This document shows, piece after piece, positions 56,907-64,000 of a stretch of DNA of 64,000 nt. The stretch lies in contig JBJFGS010000038.1 of assembly GCA_051892935.1 (NCBI GenBank), forward strand, positions 1 through 64,000. Direction: 5' to 3'. Both the position numbers and the translations under genes were made by a program. Numbering within the stretch: the stretch's first letter is position 1; each line of letters starts with the position of its first letter. Source of the stretch: Candidatus Coprovivens sp. Its GTDB lineage: Bacteria > Bacillota_I > Bacilli_A > RF39 > UBA660. The notes under the pieces were generated by a model. The model ran no database searches, was not told the DNA's origin, and saw only the letters and a list, made by a program, of their open reading frames with translations.

Positions 56907-58193
56907 TTAATTTTCTTCTTTTATCGCCTCAACATATTCAGTAAAAGCCTCCTTAATAAGAACATCATAGCAAACATTACTTTCTAATATATTATCTACA
57001 ACAACTTTTAAGAAATTTTGAGTATGACCAATAGATTTACCATTAACTATTTCTTCTATTAATACACTAACTTTTTTACCAACAAATTTTTTATTATAAG
57101 AAAGTTGTAAATCTTCATCTATTTCTATTAATTTACGAGCTCTATTTTTCTTAATTTCATTAGATATATGACCACTCATCATAGCAGCTTTTGTCCCTTC
57201 TCTTTTAGAGTAAGGGAATACATGAATCTTACTAAAACCAACTTCCTTACAATATGAAACACATTCCCTAAATTCTTCTTCTGTTTCTGTTGGGAAACCT
57301 ACTATAACATCAGTAGTTAAATTTATTTCAGGACGAGCAGCTCTTAATTTATTAATTTTATCTAAATATTCCTCTTTTGTATATTTTCTATTCATAATTT
57401 TAAGTATTCTTTCACTACCAGATTGAAGCGAAACATGTAAGTGAGCACATAATTTATTATTGTTAGCCATTTCTTTAATAAACTTATCATCTATTTCAGT
57501 AATCTCAATACTTGATATTCTAATTCTTTCTAATCCATCAATTTTAGATACTTCTCTTATCAAATCTGTTAAATCATATTTACCAGTTTCTTTACCATAA
57601 GCACCAGTATTAATACCAGTAAAAACAATTTCTTTATGACCTTTATTAACTAAAGAAATAACTTCGCTTACAACTTCATCAAAATCTTTACTTCTAATAC
57701 TTCCCCTAACATAAGGAATAATACAATAAGAACAATAATTATTACAACCATCCTGAATTTTAACATAAGCTCTTGTTAAATCATTAAATTCTCTAACACT
57801 CATTTCTTCAAATGGCAAACGTCTACTATCATAGAACTTAATATATTTTTCTTTACTATTAACATAATCTTCAATCAAACTTACTATTAAAGACTTTTCT
57901 TTATTTCCAATTAGAATATCAATATCCAAATCATTTAACTCTTCACGATGATTTTCCGCAGTACAACCACATACCATCAATATACAATCACTATTATCTC
58001 TTCTGACATTTCTAATCATTTTTTTACATTTATTATCAGCTGTATTAGTAACACTACATGTATTAACTATAACAATATCACTACTTTTATAATCATCATT
58101 ATATACATAATGATTTCTAAGTAATTGTTCTTTCATATATTCCGATTCATAAGAATTAACTTTACATCCAAAAGTTAAAATAGTAAATTTCAT
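56907..58193 (-). CDS. mtaB: tRNA t6A37 methylthiotransferase
   Basis: TFGCKVNSYE, NTCSVT..AD, KIQDGCNNYCSYC radical SAM, RISSIE, HVFPYS.R.GT. Confidence 0.95.
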   Translation of the reverse strand: MKFTILTFGCKVNSYESEYMKEQLLRNHYVYNDDYKSSDIVIVNTCSVTNTADNKCKKMIRNVRRDNSDCILMVCGCTAENHREELNDLDIDILIGNKEKSLIVSLIEDYVNSKEKYIKFYDSRRLPFEEMSVREFNDLTRAYVKIQDGCNNYCSYCIIPYVRGSIRSKDFDEVVSEVISLVNKGHKEIVFTGINTGAYGKETGKYDLTDLIREVSKIDGLERIRISSIEITEIDDKFIKEMANNNKLCAHLHVSLQSGSERILKIMNRKYTKEEYLDKINKLRAARPEINLTTDVIVGFPTETEEEFRECVSYCKEVGFSKIHVFPYSKREGTKAAMMSGHISNEIKKNRARKLIEIDEDLQLSYNKKFVGKKVSVLIEEIVNGKSIGHTQNFLKVVVDNILESNVCYDVLIKEAFTEYVEAIKEEN

Positions 58194-58254
58194 ATACATC
58201 ACCTAATGCTAAATTATATCACAAAAAAAAGTAATCACAAAGATTACTTATAAA

Positions 58255-58878
58255 TTATTTAATTAAAGTACTTAATAATGACTTTAATGACTTCAAAAAA
58301 TACTCTTCATGTGCATAAACTTCATTAGAGCTATTACTATCTTTACTTACTAAATTAATTTTTTCGTTAATTCCTTCAAAGTTGTTATCAACTTTAAATG
58401 ATCCATCATCTACCACTTTATTAGTTTTTAAACCATCACTATGTTTAATTAATTCGTCATAACTAATAATAGCTTTTTCTTCCTGTTCAGCTTCAAAAGG
58501 TGTCATTTCTATTTTTCGTTCCCTAGGTAAAGTTTCCAACTGCTTAGTAATATCTTGTAATTCATCAGCTTCAGAAACAGCTTTAAAAGATTGAGTCAAT
58601 TCTAAATAATCAGGAATTTTTAAATCAGTAATAGGAACTATTTTTGGCTTTTCGCTTGTTAAATTCTCAACTTCTTTTATCATAGAAGAATTATCAACCT
58701 TAGAAGAACATTCTTCAAAAGATTTTCTTTCCTTTAATTGGCGAGACATTTCTTTATTTTGTGTATAAATTAGAAACACAAGTATTACAGATATAATAGT
58801 TAACAACAACATTAATAAAGCAAATATTATATCTGAACTAGATAATTCATCAATAAAATTAACTAAATACATAAACAA
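58255..58878 (-). CDS. N-terminally anchored hypothetical protein
   Basis: One TM followed by charged region with EQEEKAIISYDEL. Confidence 0.7.
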   Translation of the reverse strand: MFMYLVNFIDELSSSDIIFALLMLLLTIISVILVFLIYTQNKEMSRQLKERKSFEECSSKVDNSSMIKEVENLTSEKPKIVPITDLKIPDYLELTQSFKAVSEADELQDITKQLETLPRERKIEMTPFEAEQEEKAIISYDELIKHSDGLKTNKVVDDGSFKVDNNFEGINEKINLVSKDSNSSNEVYAHEEYFLKSLKSLLSTLIK

Positions 58879-58965
58879 TGTCTCCCTTCTACTCTACCAC
58901 TATATAATAACATTATTTTACGAATTAATAAATATAGTAAATAAATTTTTAAAAATAATTTTACA

Positions 58966-60261
58966 TTAAGAAACTATTATATAAGGATTATTCTTAGTAC
59001 CATTTCCCTTTATATTAGCATCAACACTTATGTTAATCACTGGTCTTATATAAGAAGGAGTCGCAATAAGTATTCCTTCTCCAATAGCACCATTAGACAT
59101 AACATTCATCATAGCAATACTATTATCTGCATTTATAAAATAACTATTAGTAGTTAAATAATTTCCCGGTATATTTTTATTATATAAATAATAACTAGTA
59201 TTTGGTCTATTACCAGAAGCACCTGCAAAAACAACCTCATCAACAGATAATAGCCCAACCTTCCCTCTATAAACATTGCCAGAACAATATAAGTCAGGAG
59301 ATTCATCATAAAAAACTCTTTCATAAGCAGAAGAATACGAAATATTATTAACATTTAAAGTAAACAAAGTATCAGAACAAAAATCTCCATCAACTATATA
59401 TTTACTATAAGTTCCAAGACTTGACTTTAACCAATTTTCTAAATTTGTTCTAACACTCGAATTACCAAACAAAACTAAGGAATTAACTTTAGAACTATCA
59501 TCTAATGAATTAGTATTATAAGCAAAAGTATCGTTAATAACTCCATCTAATACCAATCTAACAGTACTATCACCATTAATTCTAACAACCCTAAACAACA
59601 GCTCTCCAATCTTAACATAATTATTATCTACATTTCCTCTAAAATAATAAGTAGTTCCCTTATTATCAATTGTACTTAATAATCCTTCATTTGAAGTAGC
59701 AATTTCAGCACCAATTCTTGTTTGCGCAACATTAATATTATTATTAAGTAAAACTAAATCAGAAAAAGTCTCTGTCACCATAGATTCATTATCTACTTTC
59801 AATAAACCCTGAAATTTAACTTTTTTATCTCCACCAACTACTATCGTATATCTAATAGTTTCATTTCCCTCTATACAAAATAAATTAATAAGTTTATTAC
59901 TAGTAACATCTTCTTCAATAGTATTCAAAACCTTATCTGAAGAATCCTTTATTTTGACTGAGATATCATCTATATTAGCTTTCTCAAAATATACAGAATA
60001 ATAAACCTTAGTAGAAGAATTATTAGTAATACTTAAAACATAACTATGTTCTTTAGAATCGTTAAATTTAATTTCTTGGCCATCAGTATAATTAATAGTT
60101 AAATCACCTTCATTTAAGATAATAGCAACAGTACCATTAACTTTTTCTTCAAACTCAATATTACTTAATACAATAGCCAAAACAGTAACAACAGCAAAAA
60201 AGCTTAATAATAAAACTAAAATTAATCTATACTTATTATTTCCTTCTAGTAATTTAGTCAT
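58966..60261 (-). CDS. surface protein with DUF6273-like C-terminal domain
   Basis: TM; YYFRG.V.NNYV..FRVVRINGD.TVRLV, VGLLS.DEV..AG, IRPVINI, G.GT..NPY. Confidence 0.75.
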   Translation of the reverse strand: MTKLLEGNNKYRLILVLLLSFFAVVTVLAIVLSNIEFEEKVNGTVAIILNEGDLTINYTDGQEIKFNDSKEHSYVLSITNNSSTKVYYSVYFEKANIDDISVKIKDSSDKVLNTIEEDVTSNKLINLFCIEGNETIRYTIVVGGDKKVKFQGLLKVDNESMVTETFSDLVLLNNNINVAQTRIGAEIATSNEGLLSTIDNKGTTYYFRGNVDNNYVKIGELLFRVVRINGDSTVRLVLDGVINDTFAYNTNSLDDSSKVNSLVLFGNSSVRTNLENWLKSSLGTYSKYIVDGDFCSDTLFTLNVNNISYSSAYERVFYDESPDLYCSGNVYRGKVGLLSVDEVVFAGASGNRPNTSYYLYNKNIPGNYLTTNSYFINADNSIAMMNVMSNGAIGEGILIATPSYIRPVINISVDANIKGNGTKNNPYIIVS

Positions 60262-60339
60262 AAATGTCACCCATTCTTCTAATAAAATTATATCAAATAT
60301 TAATAATTCTTCAATTAAAAAAAGCTTTTTTAAAGCTTT

Positions 60340-61479
60340 TTATAAATATTTATTATAATTTTTAAATTGACTTCCAACCTCTAAATCTGTTTTAGATAAC
60401 TCTTTAAATAATTCCTTTTGTTTTCTATCCAATTTATTTGGAATTATTACATCAAGAACAACATACATATCTCCCTTTTTACTAGATGTTGGATCTTTTA
60501 TTCCTTTACCACGAAGTCTTAATTGATCACCAGGTTGACTTCCTGCATCGATATCCAAAACAACAACCCCAGTCAATGTAGGGACTTCTTTTTTACAACC
60601 TAATACAGCTTCTGTTATTGTAATTGGAACATCAATATATATATCATTATCTTTTCTTTCAAATAAAGGGTGATCCTTTACAGTAAATTCTATATAAATA
60701 TCACCATTAGGACCTCCATTATAACCAGCGGCACCTTTTCCACTTATACGTAATTGATGACCTGTATCCACTCCTTCTGGAACTGTAATTTCTATATCTT
60801 TATTCTTTACAACATGACCAGAGCCACCACATTCTCTACACACATTTCTAAATGTTTTACCTTTACCATTACATTCAGGACAAGTTGATTCTGATTGAAA
60901 TACTCCAAAAGGTGTTCTTTGTTGGGTTACAACTCTTCCTCTACCGCCACAAGTAGAACATGTTTCTTCCCCAGAGCCACCTTTTCCACCACATTTAGAA
61001 CATTCACTATCTAAATCAATATTTATAGTTTTTTTACAACCAAAAACAGCTTCTTCAAAAGTTAATTTAACATTAACTAATGTATCTCTACCTTTAGTAG
61101 GTCTATTTCTAGAAGATGATCTACGACCACTTCCTCCAAACATTCCACCACCAAAAATATCATCAAAGATACTTGATAAATCAATGTCATCAGCAGAAAA
61201 GCCTCCAAAACCTCCAAAGCCACTTCCACCAAAACCACCTTGAGCAGCACCTTGAGTAAAAGCTTCATGTCCAAATTGATCATATTGTTTACGTTTTTCT
61301 GCATCACCTAATACTGCATAAGCTTCACCAATTTCTTTAAACTTTTCTTCTGCACCAGGCTCCTTATTAATATCAGGGTGATATTGTTTAGCTAATTTTC
61401 TAAAAGCACTCTTAATTGTTTTTTCATCAGCATTTTTATCAACGCCTAACACATCATAATAATTTCTACTGCTAGCCAT
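60340..61479 (-). CDS. dnaJ: chaperone DnaJ
   Basis: J domain HPD, G/F-rich region, four CxxCxGxG repeats. Confidence 0.99.
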   Translation of the reverse strand: MASSRNYYDVLGVDKNADEKTIKSAFRKLAKQYHPDINKEPGAEEKFKEIGEAYAVLGDAEKRKQYDQFGHEAFTQGAAQGGFGGSGFGGFGGFSADDIDLSSIFDDIFGGGMFGGSGRRSSSRNRPTKGRDTLVNVKLTFEEAVFGCKKTINIDLDSECSKCGGKGGSGEETCSTCGGRGRVVTQQRTPFGVFQSESTCPECNGKGKTFRNVCRECGGSGHVVKNKDIEITVPEGVDTGHQLRISGKGAAGYNGGPNGDIYIEFTVKDHPLFERKDNDIYIDVPITITEAVLGCKKEVPTLTGVVVLDIDAGSQPGDQLRLRGKGIKDPTSSKKGDMYVVLDVIIPNKLDRKQKELFKELSKTDLEVGSQFKNYNKYL

Positions 61480-63286
61480 TTATTTTCACCTCTTCTTGAG
61501 AATCTATTCTATAATATTCATCTATTAATTCATTAAAATAATCAATAGCGTTCTGATATACTTCTGGACTTTCCAAATCAACTCCTAATACTTTAAAAGC
61601 ATCAATTGCCCATTTATCTGAACCCAATTTCATAAATTCATAATAATTATTAAGCATCTCTTTATCTCCAGAAAGTATCTTTCTTGCCACACTAGTAGCA
61701 ACACTTACACAAATAGCATAACTATATAAATAAAAATTCATATAATAATGACTTCTAGTAACCCATGAATTACAAGCATAATTATCACATTTAACAGAAG
61801 GACCATAATATTTTTTTAAAGAACTCTTACTCTTCTTATCAAGAAAATCTTTAGTAACCATTCCACCATTTTTTAGCTCTTTATACATCTCTTGCTCAAT
61901 TTTACCTTCTCTTACCGCATCAAACAAATTATTAGCAATAACACTTAACATATTTGATATACCTGCTAGTTTCTCTTCTTTATCTTTTCCGTTCTGAGCT
62001 AAATAAGAAGACAACAAACATTCATTAGTTAAAGAAACAACTTCTGCTACAATACTACCAACAAAACGATATTGTTTAGGATTATTTTCCGCAATAAATT
62101 GATGATGTACATTATGACCAGACTCATGAGCAATAGTAGAAACAGAATCTAAACTATAATTATAACTCATAAGTATTCTAGAATCTTGTAATACAGTAGA
62201 AAAAGAATATCCACCACTACATTTACCTTTATACTGACAATAATCAATATATCTATTGTTAATTATTTTATCATACTTTTTTAAATACTCATCGCCTAAA
62301 GGTGACAAAGCATTTCTAACTAATTGTTGGGCCTCAGGTATAGAATATTCTCTATTAGATTTAATCATTTCTAAAGATAAATCATATCTATGTAAAACAT
62401 CTAATCCCAACACATTCTTTTTTAACTCATAATATCTATGCAAAGAATCTAAATTACTTTCAGTTGTCTTAACCAATGTTTTAAATACTTTATCACTCAT
62501 ATTAATACTAAACAATTTACTATCCCAAGCACTTTTAAAATGTCTAATTTTAGCTATTGTTTCATTCATACTAACATAACTATTCAAATACATTGCATTA
62601 CTATCACTATATTGAGCTAGCTTTTTATTAAATAATTTATAAACTTTCTTTCTAACATTAACATCCTTATTTCTCATTAAAGAACGATAATTATTTACAG
62701 CTATTGTAACTACTTCTCCGTTATCTAACTTTACTTTTCCATAATCATGTTGATTATTTAATAAATTAGATGACATATCATCAAAATGATTCATAGAATT
62801 AACTAACTCTGTAACTATTCTTTCTTCATTAGAAGTAAGTATATGTTCTTTTTCTCTATAAGTTTTATCTAAATCATCCCTATATTCATTCAATTTAGGA
62901 TTATCAATAAATAATTTTTCATACTCATTTTTCTCAAGTTTCAATAATTCAGGAGCAAAAAAACTAGTATTCCCCATAATAATAGCTTCTAAATTTTCGG
63001 CTTTACTTTTTCTTACTAAACTTTCTGATACACCTAATTCTTGATCATTTACCAAATGAGCATATACATATAAATCTTCCCATAAAGCTATAGTTTCAAT
63101 TTGTTTATTCATAAACTCATATAGTTTATCAGCATCTTTAGTACATCCAACATATTCTTTTAATTCTAAAGCCAATTCTGATACTTTATTGTAACACTCT
63201 TCCCATTCATCATCATTTTTAAAAAACGGAGTCAAATCCCATTTAAATTCTTCAGGAACTTCACTTCTATTATTATACTTTTGCAT
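61472..63286 (-). CDS. pepF: oligoendopeptidase F (M3B)
   Basis: RSEVP..KWDL, GK.SGGYS, AHESGH, AEV.S..NE, W...SHYY..FY.Y.YA. Confidence 0.93.
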   Translation of the reverse strand: MQKYNNRSEVPEEFKWDLTPFFKNDDEWEECYNKVSELALELKEYVGCTKDADKLYEFMNKQIETIALWEDLYVYAHLVNDQELGVSESLVRKSKAENLEAIIMGNTSFFAPELLKLEKNEYEKLFIDNPKLNEYRDDLDKTYREKEHILTSNEERIVTELVNSMNHFDDMSSNLLNNQHDYGKVKLDNGEVVTIAVNNYRSLMRNKDVNVRKKVYKLFNKKLAQYSDSNAMYLNSYVSMNETIAKIRHFKSAWDSKLFSINMSDKVFKTLVKTTESNLDSLHRYYELKKNVLGLDVLHRYDLSLEMIKSNREYSIPEAQQLVRNALSPLGDEYLKKYDKIINNRYIDYCQYKGKCSGGYSFSTVLQDSRILMSYNYSLDSVSTIAHESGHNVHHQFIAENNPKQYRFVGSIVAEVVSLTNECLLSSYLAQNGKDKEEKLAGISNMLSVIANNLFDAVREGKIEQEMYKELKNGGMVTKDFLDKKSKSSLKKYYGPSVKCDNYACNSWVTRSHYYMNFYLYSYAICVSVATSVARKILSGDKEMLNNYYEFMKLGSDKWAIDAFKVLGVDLESPEVYQNAIDYFNELIDEYYRIDSQEEVKING

Positions 63287-63308
63287 AAGATTCCTCCATA
63301 TATTGGCC

Positions 63309-63334
63309 AAAAGTTCTAGTCACCTAGAACTTTT
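63309..63334. terminator. hairpin between dnaK and pepF (terminator or stability element)
   Basis: AAAAGTTCTAG-GTGA-CTAGAACTTTT. Confidence 0.6.
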
Positions 63335-63352
63335 ATACCATAATATTTAATT

Positions 63353-64000
63353 TTATTTTTCTTCGTAACTAGCTTCTTGAACATTATCATGTTTAGAATC
63401 TTCTTCTGAATCAGAAGAATCTTGTGAAGCTTGATTTGCTTTAGCAGCTTCTTCATATACTTTAGTTGCCAAACTCATAGCTTTTTCTTTTAATTCTTCA
63501 GTAGCTTTCTTAATATCATCGATATCATCACCATCTAAAGCTTTTTTAAGATCTGCTATCTTATCTTCAGCTTCCTCTTTATCTTTAGAATCAACTTTAT
63601 CTCCTAGATCCTTAATAGCTTTTTCTGTTTGGAAAATCATTGAATCTGCTTCATTTCTAATTTCAGCTTCTTCTTTACGTTTTTCATCAGCTTCCTTATT
63701 AGCTTCAGCTTCTTTCATCATTTTATCAATTTCTTCATCGGTTAAATTAGTATTTGAAGTAATTGTAATACTTTGTTCTTTTCCAGTTCCTAAATCTTTA
63801 GCAGACACATTAACAATACCATTAGCATCAATATCAAATTTAACTTCAATTTGAGGAACTCCTCTTGGTGCTGGAGGAATATTACCTAATTGGAATCTTC
63901 CTAAAGTCTTATTATCTTGAACCATAGGTCTTTCACCTTGTAAGATATGAATATCTACAGCAGGTTGGTTATCAGCTGCAGTTGAGAATACTTGACTCTT
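63353..64000 (-). CDS. dnaK: chaperone DnaK, C-terminal part (runs off the window)
   Basis: [45 protein letters not shown]. Confidence 0.98.
   Translation of the reverse strand, partial: KSQVFSTAADNQPAVDIHILQGERPMVQDNKTLGRFQLGNIPPAPRGVPQIEVKFDIDANGIVNVSAKDLGTGKEQSITITSNTNLTDEEIDKMMKEAEANKEADEKRKEEAEIRNEADSMIFQTEKAIKDLGDKVDSKDKEEAEDKIADLKKALDGDDIDDIKKATEELKEKAMSLATKVYEEAAKANQASQDSSDSEEDSKHDNVQEASYEEK

Noticed and set aside
1-64000. Mycoplasma-type genetic code 4, prophage, IS or CRISPR
   Set aside because: Housekeeping genes translate full length in code 11; no phage, transposase or cas motifs and no repeat-spacer array seen

Overview
Very AT-rich chromosomal segment of a small-genome Bacilli-type Firmicute, probably an uncultured gut lineage such as RF39 (inference). 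It reads in genetic code 11 and nearly all genes lie on the minus strand. A Bacillus-like housekeeping backbone is present: dnaK(partial)-pepF-dnaJ, mtaB, recD2, AI-2E transporter, alaS, alr, dnaG-sigA-trmK, valS, xseA-xseB, spoIVB, tRNA-Ile2/tRNA-Leu, tmk and murI. It is interleaved with many orphan or surface-protein genes, several with their own sigmaA-type promoter. No CRISPR, IS element or prophage is visible. Most notable: a mitochondrial-type Tam41 CDP-DAG synthase; two T-box leaders that each control a nucleotide-metabolising enzyme placed ahead of the aminoacyl-tRNA synthetase; a Val T-box with a non-canonical terminator design; a PilB/GspE-like ATPase lacking several catalytic Arg/His/Glu residues, facing a prepilin peptidase; sporulation genes including an unannotated 45-aa ORF with a sigmaG-like promoter; several unnamed paralog families; and a possible shared C-terminal tag on orphan proteins. 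Many starts were moved from the ORF track to RBS-supported codons. All family calls come from motif recognition by eye, not database searches.
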